64,000 nucleotides of DNA from an uncultured bacterium (GTDB taxonomy: Bacteria; Fermentibacterota; Fermentibacteria; Fermentibacterales; JCC-6). The notes under the pieces are model-generated. The model did no database searches. It was not told the DNA's origin and saw only the letters and a program-made list of their open reading frames with translations. The first letter of the stretch is position 1; the number at the start of each line of letters is the position of its first letter. The translations under genes and the position numbers were made by a program. Where the stretch lies: the NCBI GenBank assembly GCA_964604135.1, contig CAZRXU010000002.1, positions 636-64,635 of the forward strand, written 5' to 3'. This document shows, piece by piece, positions 25,916 through 35,592 of this stretch.

Positions 25916-27463
25916 GTGTTTAAGAAGATGATTCCGGTAGTGTTTGCAGTGATACTGGGGGCTTCGGGGTGTTCCCTTCTTGGCGGTGGCCTTGGAGCAG
26001 GAGATACGGCAGATGGTAATCTGGACAGTGGAGTAAGTATAGATGAACTGCTGCCGAATGCCGGTGAGGTTTTGCTTGCAGCAGGTATTGCAGTGGAAGA
26101 TGACTGGCCTGCACTGGAATTCTCGCTGAAGTCCGGTGATGGTGTATCGCTGTTTGTTGAAGCAGAAGATATTGACCCTGTAATGGTTGTTGTAGATGCA
26201 GAAGGCGGAATAGTTTCCGTGGGAGACGACTGGGACGAAGAGCTGGATGCATACATTTCCATGGATGAAGTTCCTGACGGAGCCAGAGTCATCGTGTTTG
26301 ATAACACAGGGGATGACGGAGAGTTTGTTCTTGAATTGGATGAATCAGACGATTATGTCTGGAAGCTTGAGACGGGAATGGAAATCGAATCAAGCGTTAT
26401 TGAAGACAAAGAGAATGATTATTGGGAAGACCTTCTTGAAGATATTGACGAAATCAGCGGTATAGACTGGGGGACATGCAGGGTTCTGCCCTTTGAAGTC
26501 AGAGGTGAAAAGTGGTTCAGAATTGCTGTTGACTCCGACATGGATTGCGTGATGACTGTTCTGAAGGTTGTTGACGGCGAGCTGGAGTACCAGGATTACG
26601 ATGACGATACCAGCGATATGAATCCTGTTTTTTCCGGCATGCTTGAAAGTGGAGACTACATTGCAGTTGTAGACACCTACAGTAATTTAGAGGGTGCTGA
26701 ATTTACAATCAGTGTGGAAGAGCTTGATCCAGAGGATATGGTTGCTGATGTGGTTTCTGCCGACCGGATAGATGAATGGTTCACCGGAGAATTTCATGAG
26801 AATGCCTTGGCCATGAATTACTGGCCTGAAGTCGATGATTACTTCGGTATCTTTCCTGAGGATAATATTCTGGTGTTTGAATTTGAGATAGAGGAAGAGG
26901 GCGAGTACCTGTTACAGGCTTCCTGTATTGATGACACGAAGATGGCTATTCTGGACAGCGAGGGTGTTCTGGTAGACTATAACGATGATGGCTCTGAAGG
27001 TATTGATCCGGAGCTTTCTATACGGCTTACACCGGGTTTCTACAGTGCGTTGATTGCTCCGTATGGTGATAGCTCCAGAGAGTCTGTAGACTTCAGATAC
27101 AGCCTGTCGGCTCCCATGGTACGCGAGAGTGGAACAGTTCCCATGGAAGAAACTTTCCAGATGCACTCCAATGTGTATATGTCCATGATGTTCGAGCCTG
27201 GAAATACCTACGAGATTTTTGCCGAAAGCGATATTGACCTGACTCTTAGAGTTGTAGACAGAACAGGTGAAGAGTATTTCAGCGATGATGACGGAGGAGA
27301 TTTCAACCCCTACCTGGAGATCGAATGCACCAGAGCCAACGCCGGGCAGTGGGAAATTGATCTCGAGTCCTACTCCGGTGGTGAAGCGAGTGGAGAAGTT
27401 TATTTTGTAGTAAGACCGGTTGGGCAGATCACAGAAGATGAATTTTCTGCGCCGGTGAAATAG
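25916..27463 (+). CDS. Highly acidic lipoprotein with four PPC-like repeats
   Basis: GTG start preceded by AAAGGAG. Lipobox LGASGC. Four modules of 80-110 aa, each with a ...D..L.V.D..G......DD......P.L.....G.Y...V pattern. Very Asp/Glu rich. Confidence 0.65.
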   Translation: MFKKMIPVVFAVILGASGCSLLGGGLGAGDTADGNLDSGVSIDELLPNAGEVLLAAGIAVEDDWPALEFSLKSGDGVSLFVEAEDIDPVMVVVDAEGGIVSVGDDWDEELDAYISMDEVPDGARVIVFDNTGDDGEFVLELDESDDYVWKLETGMEIESSVIEDKENDYWEDLLEDIDEISGIDWGTCRVLPFEVRGEKWFRIAVDSDMDCVMTVLKVVDGELEYQDYDDDTSDMNPVFSGMLESGDYIAVVDTYSNLEGAEFTISVEELDPEDMVADVVSADRIDEWFTGEFHENALAMNYWPEVDDYFGIFPEDNILVFEFEIEEEGEYLLQASCIDDTKMAILDSEGVLVDYNDDGSEGIDPELSIRLTPGFYSALIAPYGDSSRESVDFRYSLSAPMVRESGTVPMEETFQMHSNVYMSMMFEPGNTYEIFAESDIDLTLRVVDRTGEEYFSDDDGGDFNPYLEIECTRANAGQWEIDLESYSGGEASGEVYFVVRPVGQITEDEFSAPVK

Positions 27464-27507
27464 ACAATTAGACAGCACTTTGCTAGCCCGGGGCAACGGT
27501 CTCCGGG

Positions 27508-30336
27508 CTACACTGTTATCACTGCTCCCTGGCGAAGGAAAACAAGTTTTGCAACAGTTTTTGCACCGGTAATTCCCTCCAGGGTGTTTCTGTACAGTTG
27601 CAGCTTGCTTCGGTAATCCTGTGTTTTTGTATATGGGTCAGCTCTGTCTGTTTTGTAGTCGATAACCTCGAGAATACCGTTTCTTCTAACAAGCAGGTCT
27701 ATGTAGTACTGTTTACCGTTTACAAGAAGCGGGTACTCTTTTCCCAGCACTTCCGCGCCGTTTGTGTCGAAGACTGAAAAGAATTTCAGCGCCAGAGCAG
27801 AGGCCTCTTCAGGAAACTCAAGAGTGTGGGAGATCTGTTCCCTGTTGTTTTCCATCCACACGCCGGGTTCATCAAAATCGATCAGCTCCAGTAGACGGTG
27901 AACTTCGGTTCCAAGACGCATCTGTTTTTGTCTTTCAACCTGCACTTCAGGTATTGAACCCGGGTACAGGTACACGAAATCATCGGGTTTTTCAGCAGGA
28001 GCTGGAATATCTGGCCTGTCTTTTGCCGTACTGCTTTCATTCGGCGGTGATACAGCTATTTCCCTGTATAAGCTTTCAGACCCGGCAAGGGCATTGGACA
28101 GAATTTCTGCCGGAGAGTTGGTTGAAGGCTTCTCTGGAAGGAAAATATCAAGCCTGTCCCTGGGTCTTGTTACTGCAACATACAGAAGGCGGCGGTACTC
28201 TGCGCGGCTTCTTGCCTGTTCTCTGCTTTTAAGATGGTAGTACAGTCCGGTTGCCGCGCCTGCTGTTCTTACTGCCGCAGAGAGATCGCGGTCATTCACC
28301 AGAACACCTGGGAATCGGTTGCTGAAAGAGCTTCCCGGGTTGGTAAGGATCACATGTTTCCACGCAAGACCTTTTGCGCTGTGTATGGTTGTAAGGGTTA
28401 CAGCTCCAGTGCCGCCCTCTGGAGGAGCCGAAGGCTCGTCAGTACTTACAGGGGCCATTCCGAGGAGGGTTTCGAGTACAAGGGAGTAATCGGGTACAGT
28501 GCGGGCTGTTTCAAGGATGAACCTAAGATTTCCAAGCCTGCGCGTTACCTGGTAACCGCTGTTTCTCACAGCTGGCAGAAGGCTGGTGTTTCTGAAAAGC
28601 GTTTCCATGAAGGGGCCAGGTGGAAGACAGCGGGCAACCTCTCTGAGCTTGTTAAGAAGAGCTGCGGCATTCTGTATTGACTTGGGTTCAGTGTTGTTCC
28701 GCCACAGAGATATATCCCTGTCGCTGATACCGAAATAGATTGACCTGAATGTTTCGGTAAGGGCGTAGCTATCCGAAGGGCAAAGAACTGCTTTTAGAAG
28801 GCTTGCTGTGTCTTTAACTTCTTCTCTTTTGTGAAAATCTCTTCCCACTTCCACCTGATATGGGATACTTCGTCTGTCAAGTTCCTGTACCAGCGCATCA
28901 AGATGAGTTTTAGTTCTGAACACAACTGCAGTATTGCCGGGATTCCCGATGATATCTGCAATGGCCCCTGCTTCGGTTTCCGCAATCTCTTTAGCTGTGT
29001 TTCCTGAAAGCCGGTGAACTGTAACACCGGCACCAATACCAGCTTCGTGTCTGGGTTTTATAGGACTGTAGCTGTATGAGAAGGGCTCCTCCTCTGGAGA
29101 AATCTGATGGAAAAGAGTATTGCCGAATGAGTTGACGAAATCAATGATGCCTGTTTCACTTCGGAAGTTAACCTGAATGGTTTCTGAAAGGGCATTGCTG
29201 TTTTTAAGTTCTTCAAGGGTGTCTTTGTAGGTTTCAATGTCGGCATCGCGCCAGCCGAATATAGACTGCTTCGGGTCACCCACAACGGTGAGCTTTGTTT
29301 TCAAACCTGTTTTTCCCAGCAGTTCTGTAAACAGTTTAATCTGAACCAGGCTGGTGTCTTGAAACTCGTCTATAAAGATGTGGCTGAACTTGCTGTTCAA
29401 TTCAGTTCGCAGTTCCGGCGAGGCTTTTACGGCGGCCCACGCTTTGTACAGCAGATCGTTGAATGAAAGCCTTGTGGGATTACTGTCCCACAGGTTGCGC
29501 ATGCTGTTCGCAAAGGGAATTACTAGGTTGTTCAGTGCCGGAAGAACAGGCAGCATGGCAGAGTATTCCTGTATCAGTTTCAGATCGCGGTTGTTGTACT
29601 CTTTCAGCTTGCTTTTTACTTCAGAGAGTGTCTGTTTCCCGCCCCAGTTTGAGGCAGACCCTCCCTGAAGGTTAACCTTTACTGCACTATCGCGACCAAG
29701 GGAATCAAGGGAAGACTGAATGTTTTTCAGAAGTTTGTCTGTTTCATCTGCGCACAGGGGAATAAGTGATTCCAACTGCACTTTCCATCCTGTTATCAAA
29801 TCGGTCAGCTGCTTCTTTGTGTTACCCAGTGGAGCCGAACTGGTAAACCATCTGTGCTTTTCAATCTGTCCTGCTAATTCAAGCAGATTTTTGCTGCCTG
29901 GGCTCCGAAGCGATTCCGAAGAGGCCCGAAGTGCAGATGGAGCGGACTGTGCAAGAAACAGATCCCAGTGTATCTCGAGCTCTGATCTGCTGAAGTGAGC
30001 AGCCTCCATGGAAAACTCCGGAACTCCGTTGCAAAGGTGAAAGTATTCACGCAGAATTCTTGAGGCGAAACCATGAATTGTTGTTATCCAGGCCTGATCC
30101 ATGTTTCGTCTGTGCCCGGGTGCCAGCTTTTCCCTTATTCTCTGACGGAGTTCGCTTGCAGCAGCTTCGGTGAATGTTACCACAGCCAGCTTGTCAAGAG
30201 ATATTCCGCCTTCCACAAGCTCTTTAACCCGGTCTGTTAGAAGGGTGGTTTTACCGGTGCCTGCACTTGCCTCAACAACAACGCTTCTGGTTTTTTCCGT
30301 TCTTATAGTTTCCCGTGTTGCTTTGTCTGATATCAT
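27508..30336 (-). CDS. addA: UvrD/Rep-family helicase with C-terminal PD-(D/E)xK nuclease (AddA/RecB-like)
   Basis: Walker A ASAGTGKTT. UvrD motifs (FIDEFQDTS, VGDPKQSIF). C-terminal nuclease motif YIDLLV....ILEVIDYKTD. Confidence 0.85.
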   Translation of the reverse strand: MISDKATRETIRTEKTRSVVVEASAGTGKTTLLTDRVKELVEGGISLDKLAVVTFTEAAASELRQRIREKLAPGHRRNMDQAWITTIHGFASRILREYFHLCNGVPEFSMEAAHFSRSELEIHWDLFLAQSAPSALRASSESLRSPGSKNLLELAGQIEKHRWFTSSAPLGNTKKQLTDLITGWKVQLESLIPLCADETDKLLKNIQSSLDSLGRDSAVKVNLQGGSASNWGGKQTLSEVKSKLKEYNNRDLKLIQEYSAMLPVLPALNNLVIPFANSMRNLWDSNPTRLSFNDLLYKAWAAVKASPELRTELNSKFSHIFIDEFQDTSLVQIKLFTELLGKTGLKTKLTVVGDPKQSIFGWRDADIETYKDTLEELKNSNALSETIQVNFRSETGIIDFVNSFGNTLFHQISPEEEPFSYSYSPIKPRHEAGIGAGVTVHRLSGNTAKEIAETEAGAIADIIGNPGNTAVVFRTKTHLDALVQELDRRSIPYQVEVGRDFHKREEVKDTASLLKAVLCPSDSYALTETFRSIYFGISDRDISLWRNNTEPKSIQNAAALLNKLREVARCLPPGPFMETLFRNTSLLPAVRNSGYQVTRRLGNLRFILETARTVPDYSLVLETLLGMAPVSTDEPSAPPEGGTGAVTLTTIHSAKGLAWKHVILTNPGSSFSNRFPGVLVNDRDLSAAVRTAGAATGLYYHLKSREQARSRAEYRRLLYVAVTRPRDRLDIFLPEKPSTNSPAEILSNALAGSESLYREIAVSPPNESSTAKDRPDIPAPAEKPDDFVYLYPGSIPEVQVERQKQMRLGTEVHRLLELIDFDEPGVWMENNREQISHTLEFPEEASALALKFFSVFDTNGAEVLGKEYPLLVNGKQYYIDLLVRRNGILEVIDYKTDRADPYTKTQDYRSKLQLYRNTLEGITGAKTVAKLVFLRQGAVITV

Positions 30337-32948
30337 CGGCTGTCACCCCATCCAGTTTCAACAGGTGTCTGGTGAAAATCTCCTGCATGGATGGCCTCAA
30401 TTATCTCAACCACCTTCGTTTCAAACTCTGGTTGAATTGCTTCAAGTTCAGATTCGGTAAGCGATCTGAACTCAATACTGCCGTTACTCATCAGATGTAT
30501 GTACGAAGCCCCCCACAGAGGTGTGTAGCCGTTCTGAAGCGCGAGATTCCGGTAGAAAGGAAGCTGAAACAGCCCTTTTTTAACGATGGTTACAGCTTTT
30601 GAGTTCCTGAGTAATTTTGGCTTTCCCGTTTTGATGTCGGCAAGTATGTACCGGTTCTCGCTGTTATTAAATATTAGATCAATTCTTCCACCGGCTGGAT
30701 AACCGGCAACTGTTCCACCAAGGCTTTTCTCTGTATCTACAAGAGTCCACTTCTTTTCATCCAGAATTGCGATCAGACTGGCAATTCCCTGTGCCAGATG
30801 CTGCATCCATATCTGTGCCAGTGTTTCTGAACCAAGCAGAGCTGTGAGGTTGCTGCTGCGGCAGATAGATTCTACAACCTGTTTCACGGGTTCTCTGTTT
30901 TTCAGAACAGTTTCAACACAGCTGTGTACGATGTTGCCCCTGCTGAGCGGTTCAGGTTCTGAACACACGGGGAATTCCACGGCTTCACGAACTTTCCATA
31001 CTTTCTCTTTGAGAAACGAAAAGGGGTTTCTGATGTAGTTTTCAAGAAGAGTAGCAGAAAGCCTGCGCGGATTGTAAATCCCCGGGCCTATCATTCCGCA
31101 GTGTATTGAGTTCGGTGACGGATTCTCTGGATTGTACCTCAGCCTTTCCAACTGGGCTTCCGCAGAAGAATACAGGAAAGGCGGGTTAGGCGGAATATCA
31201 AGTATTTTCAGAGGCGAGTTGGAAACCACTTGCTCTTTCACAGGGGAATATTCGCCGGTTAGTGGAACAAGAAAAGGCGACAGGGCCAGGGGCCTGCCTG
31301 AAGCGTCGGTGTTCCGGCAGACTGCTGCAAGATTTTCTTCAGCGGCTTCAAAAATCTGCCTCATCAGGAATGCGTCATCTGTTTCCCGCAGGTCTGGTGA
31401 AGGAAGCTGAAGCTGCTTTCGAACTTCCGCAGGCAGCCTTGGATCACTTACAGATTTTCTTGGGAAAACACCTTCTTCCATGCCTGTGAGTACAATGGCT
31501 TTTTTCAGAATGCCCCTTGCCTGTTCCGGAGAAATCACAGCAACACCGCCCGGTGTGGTTTCCACGAGATTTACTGATGTATCAAGAGCAGCCTTTACCA
31601 TCTCTTTGAAAACATCAAAAGCTACAGCAAAGTTTGTTTTAAAGGCTCCCGGTTGCAGCAGTGAATCGGTAATAAACGAAGGAAGGGAGTTCTCACAGAG
31701 TTTTGAAAGAAGTGTAATCAGCTGTGCCCTGTAGTCTTCAGGATAGGTCTCTTCAGGAAGATTCCGGAAATACTCTGCCACAAGTTCCGCAAACGGATAG
31801 CCCGTTTGCAGCAGTGAATCAAGCCCGAACCTGGCTCCTGCCTTGCCTGCGTGCGCTGCGTACTCTGTGGCGTCAGGTGTGTTCTGTATGGTCACTACGC
31901 CTGTGAGAAGCAGCTTTTCAATGTCTTTGTGATGGAAGTTGTTACCGGGTAGCTTCAACAGTCGCTCAATAAAACAGCCTGCAGGCAGAGAACAGGCCTT
32001 TGCCTGTACAGCTGAGGCACATGGTACACCGGCTGTGTGCAACCCGGATATGATCTGTACGGCATCTTCTCCTGTTGAAATCACCGCAATTTCGCTGGTA
32101 CCGTATTCTCCAAGAAGCTTCTGCACCTTGTTGGTAACAGTTTTGACCAGACCCATGCCAGAACTGCACCGCAGCAGCTGCATGGATGTGTTTCCACTGA
32201 GAGCCTTCCCGGTTAACAGGTTTTCTGCCAGTTGCGCCAGCGGAGAAAGCGGTGTATTCCCGTCTACGCGGTGAATTTCCTCTGGATTCAGTTCCATAAG
32301 AAACTTTGTGGTTCTGGCAGATGTTTCCTTCCAGTGGTGGGAGGGGTGAACAGGTGAAAACCACATGATATCGGCCTTTTGCGAGAGCTGTTTCAGATAG
32401 TTTCTCTGCCTGGGGTTAAGGTCGTAGAATCCATAGAACATATAGGTATCAAATCTGGTGGTATTCACCGGCCCTTCAGAGTAGATGCGGTCTGGTGAAC
32501 CTGGGTGCAGGCTTTCTCTCAGTTTGACGTAGGCTACAAATCTTTCAGCAGTTTTAAGTACTTCGCTGTGGAGCCCTTTTGTGGAGAGGGCAACAACATT
32601 GAAGATTTCCGGGGAAACGCCCATCTCGATGAGTTTCTCAAAGAAAGATACGGCTGTTCCTGCACTTTCAGACCTGTACCCTGTTCTGCACGCCATGGCT
32701 GTAAGATGCCAGCGCGGAACAGGTCTGCCTGCAATGGAAACAGCAAGTGCATCTGCTAGAGCGGGAAAGCCAGGCAGAAACCTGGTTCCGGCAACTTCAC
32801 CTTTGATCATTTCCATGAGCCGCGCGGCCACCGGCTGCCCGGAGGTAATTACTGCAGTAGTGCCTCTGTTCCGCAGAGCGGCGTACTGTGACAACCAACT
32901 GTTCTCAAGGGCACGCCAGTGCCCTTGAAAAACAGATTTAAGTGCCAT
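30333..32948 (-). CDS. addB: AddB-like helicase-nuclease subunit (PD-(D/E)xK nuclease, degenerate ATPase)
   Basis: ATGA overlap with addA. C-terminal RecB-type nuclease motif GRIDLIF......ILADIKTGK. No Walker A seen, and no Cys cluster after the nuclease motif. Confidence 0.65.
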   Translation of the reverse strand: MALKSVFQGHWRALENSWLSQYAALRNRGTTAVITSGQPVAARLMEMIKGEVAGTRFLPGFPALADALAVSIAGRPVPRWHLTAMACRTGYRSESAGTAVSFFEKLIEMGVSPEIFNVVALSTKGLHSEVLKTAERFVAYVKLRESLHPGSPDRIYSEGPVNTTRFDTYMFYGFYDLNPRQRNYLKQLSQKADIMWFSPVHPSHHWKETSARTTKFLMELNPEEIHRVDGNTPLSPLAQLAENLLTGKALSGNTSMQLLRCSSGMGLVKTVTNKVQKLLGEYGTSEIAVISTGEDAVQIISGLHTAGVPCASAVQAKACSLPAGCFIERLLKLPGNNFHHKDIEKLLLTGVVTIQNTPDATEYAAHAGKAGARFGLDSLLQTGYPFAELVAEYFRNLPEETYPEDYRAQLITLLSKLCENSLPSFITDSLLQPGAFKTNFAVAFDVFKEMVKAALDTSVNLVETTPGGVAVISPEQARGILKKAIVLTGMEEGVFPRKSVSDPRLPAEVRKQLQLPSPDLRETDDAFLMRQIFEAAEENLAAVCRNTDASGRPLALSPFLVPLTGEYSPVKEQVVSNSPLKILDIPPNPPFLYSSAEAQLERLRYNPENPSPNSIHCGMIGPGIYNPRRLSATLLENYIRNPFSFLKEKVWKVREAVEFPVCSEPEPLSRGNIVHSCVETVLKNREPVKQVVESICRSSNLTALLGSETLAQIWMQHLAQGIASLIAILDEKKWTLVDTEKSLGGTVAGYPAGGRIDLIFNNSENRYILADIKTGKPKLLRNSKAVTIVKKGLFQLPFYRNLALQNGYTPLWGASYIHLMSNGSIEFRSLTESELEAIQPEFETKVVEIIEAIHAGDFHQTPVETGWGDSR

Positions 32949-33006
32949 TCAGTCGATTCTTTCAGGGGAAGCGGGAACAGGCATCAAAGGAATCACAGGC
33001 AGACAT

Positions 33007-33780
33007 CTATTTTCTGCTGGTTTCTTCAAGCATTTTCCAGAGGCGTTTCCTGTCGCGCGGCATTCTGTAAGTTGAGCTTCCCACTATGAGCCTGATCTTG
33101 TCAAGAGAAACTCTTTCAAACAGATCGCTCTTTGGCCGGTCTCCGTAAGCTTCTTCCGTACAGGCTTTTTCAGAGCCGACAACTACGATAGGAGTAATGC
33201 CAGCTTCAAGAGCTTTTTCTACAATGGAAGCTGAGCCAATCTTGTTCACAAAGAAAGTCTGAGTTACACTGTCTGCCCCCAGAACAGGTACAGCGCCACC
33301 TTTGATGGCAGTGGAAACTCTGGAATCGGCAATGAGTTTAACTGTGAAACCGTTGTTTTTGAACGCTTTCGCACTTTCCCGCCCGTCGGTTCCGGGTTTG
33401 GACTGTGTCTGGTAGATGAGTTCAATGCGGTTCTTTCTGTGCTCCAGTGCCCGTAAAACAGTTCCGCTGTTGGAATGGCACAAAATAATGTTCTTTGAGT
33501 TGGCAAGACCTTTGAAAAGCTGAATGCCAGCTGCAGAAGAGTCTGCCCTCACCTGTTTTTGCAGCTCTTTGGCAATCTCCCTCTGCTTGAACAGCGGAAC
33601 GCCCTGCAGACGGTCGGCAAGGTAGTTAAGAGAAATCATGTCTCCGGCTTTTTTGCGAACGACATCTGACAGATCATCACCCTTGAGATATCCAAGAACT
33701 ATATGGTTAAGAACTTTTATGTATATTCCCGAAGCACCTGATGTTGGATCGTCGGTTAGTTCGTCGATCAAATCACTCAT
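33007..33780 (-). CDS. eIF-2B alpha/beta/delta-like family protein (putative sugar-phosphate isomerase)
   Basis: IF-2B family pattern ILCHSNSGTVLRAL...SKPG.DGR..A......G..V.LI.DS.....I.......LGADSV. ATG 33780 has AAAGGAG upstream; the track ORF begins at TTG 33804. Confidence 0.6.
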   Translation of the reverse strand: MSDLIDELTDDPTSGASGIYIKVLNHIVLGYLKGDDLSDVVRKKAGDMISLNYLADRLQGVPLFKQREIAKELQKQVRADSSAAGIQLFKGLANSKNIILCHSNSGTVLRALEHRKNRIELIYQTQSKPGTDGRESAKAFKNNGFTVKLIADSRVSTAIKGGAVPVLGADSVTQTFFVNKIGSASIVEKALEAGITPIVVVGSEKACTEEAYGDRPKSDLFERVSLDKIRLIVGSSTYRMPRDRKRLWKMLEETSRK

Positions 33781-33806
33781 AAGAAACGAGACTCCTTTCT
33801 CCAATT

Positions 33807-34541
33807 ATGGCTCCTAATACGACAAGAAATGCCGGTCGTCAACTGCTTGTAACGAGGAACCGGCTGAAGATGGAAAAGTCAGCAGCAAAAACTGCGTCAC
33901 TGAAGCGGCTCGAAGCAGTTCTTCTTCTAGAGCTGGGCCAGAAAGCTGCAGCGGTTGCCGTGGCGACTTCACTGGCAGATGAGAATTCAGAGGGAAGCAG
34001 TGAACGGGCTTTCTTGGCAGATATTCTTGCCCGGGCGTTTATGTGGCGGGAAGCAGAGCGGGAATTTGCCAACGCTCACCGTTTGTGCCTGAACTCAGGA
34101 AAAGAGGAGAAGGCATTTTCTCTTGCGGCAGGTCCCCTGTTTCTGCTTGCCGAGGCAAGAAAAGACTATCGTCGTTGTGTTGAGATTGCTCCGGTGGGGG
34201 TTTTAAGGCACAGAGCGCACAGGCTTGCAGGCGACAGAACGCAGCTGGTTTCCACATCGAAAGAATCTCCCTGGAGGGAAGTTGCTCTTCTGGAGAAGGT
34301 ACAGCAAGGCGGAAACCCAGCTGTTCTTCCGGAGCTGCTTGCCCGGTGGAGCTGTGGAGAGGCGGAGTGGAGGTGGAGAATTCTGTATGAGGGTGCTGTT
34401 CTGGCCATAGAGGCTGGCGCAGGTGTAAAACCGTGGAAAGGGTACCTGAAACAGACTGGAACAAAGGTTCTTGATCCCCGCTATTTCAGAGAAAGAGGGC
34501 ACCTGAAGAGGCTGCTCGGTCGGGGTTTTGTTAGCAGATAG
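33807..34541 (+). CDS. Hypothetical Arg/Ala-rich protein
   Basis: The only long ORF consistent with the flanking gene spacing. No motif recognised. Start uncertain (alternative Met at 33870). Confidence 0.4.
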   Translation: MAPNTTRNAGRQLLVTRNRLKMEKSAAKTASLKRLEAVLLLELGQKAAAVAVATSLADENSEGSSERAFLADILARAFMWREAEREFANAHRLCLNSGKEEKAFSLAAGPLFLLAEARKDYRRCVEIAPVGVLRHRAHRLAGDRTQLVSTSKESPWREVALLEKVQQGGNPAVLPELLARWSCGEAEWRWRILYEGAVLAIEAGAGVKPWKGYLKQTGTKVLDPRYFRERGHLKRLLGRGFVSR

Positions 34542-34585
34542 ATATGGTGTTATCTTACCGTAAGTTTTCTCTGCCGGAAGAAAGG

Positions 34586-35575
34586 ATGAATTGTTTGAAG
34601 AAAGCTTTGATAACCGGAATAACCGGTCAGGACGGTTCTTACCTTACAGAACTGCTTCTTGACAAGGGGTATACAGTTCACGGAATTGTACGCCGGTCAA
34701 GCAGTTTTAACCGGGGCAGAATTGAACACCTGACTCAGAACAGGGATATCTACGAAGAAACACTGTTTCTTCACTACGGTGATCTGTCTGACTCCAGCGC
34801 CCTGAACAGAATCGTAGAGAAAACACAGCCTGATGAAGTGTATAACCTTGCTGCTCAGAGCCATGTGGGTATTTCGTTCAAGGTTCCGGAGTACACCTGC
34901 GATGTTGACGCAATCGGCGTTGTCAGGCTTCTGGATGCACTTCGGGAAACAGGAATGGCAGGCAGCTCAAGATTCTACCAGGCTTCTACCAGTGAACTTT
35001 TTGGTTCAAGCCCTCCTCCTCAGAACCTGGAAACTTCTTTCAGACCAAGAAGCCCTTATGCTGCTGCAAAGCTGTGTGCCCACTGGATGGTTGTGAACTA
35101 CAGAGACGGGTACGGTATGCATGCTTCAAGCGGTATTCTTTTCAATCACGAATCACCAAGACGCGGAGAGAACTTTGTAACAAAAAAAATAGTAAGAGAA
35201 GCTGCAAGAATAAAGAAGGGCCTCAGCCGCAAATTGAGCCTTGGAAATCTGGATGCTATGCGTGACTGGGGTCACGCAAAAGATTACGTCAGAGCCATGT
35301 ACCTCATGCTTCAGCAACCGAAGGCAGACGACTATGTGATTGCAACTGGCGTAATGCACTCTGTAAAAGAATTTCTTGAGGAAACCTTCGCTTATCTTCA
35401 GCTTGACTGGCACGATTTTGTAGTAACTGATCCCCGTTACATGCGCCCAACCGAGGTCGATGCACTCTGCGGAGATTCTTCGAAGGCGGAAAGAGTACTG
35501 GGGTGGAAACCTGAAATTAACTTCGCTTCCCTTGTAAGGGAAATGGTTGATGCCGAGCTGGCTCGGCTGAACTGA
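34586..35575 (+). CDS. gmd: GDP-mannose 4,6-dehydratase
   Basis: [39 protein letters not shown] and [29 protein letters not shown] are hallmark Gmd segments. Confidence 0.92.
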   Translation: MNCLKKALITGITGQDGSYLTELLLDKGYTVHGIVRRSSSFNRGRIEHLTQNRDIYEETLFLHYGDLSDSSALNRIVEKTQPDEVYNLAAQSHVGISFKVPEYTCDVDAIGVVRLLDALRETGMAGSSRFYQASTSELFGSSPPPQNLETSFRPRSPYAAAKLCAHWMVVNYRDGYGMHASSGILFNHESPRRGENFVTKKIVREAARIKKGLSRKLSLGNLDAMRDWGHAKDYVRAMYLMLQQPKADDYVIATGVMHSVKEFLEETFAYLQLDWHDFVVTDPRYMRPTEVDALCGDSSKAERVLGWKPEINFASLVREMVDAELARLN

Positions 35576-35592
35576 TACCGGAGGAAAACCAT

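Noticed and set aside
27485-27511. TAGCCCGG / CCGGGCTA hairpin between the acidic lipoprotein gene and addA, considered as a terminator.
   Set aside because: The stem is short (8 bp), has no flanking T-run, and overlaps the addA stop codon. The support is too weak to list as a feature.
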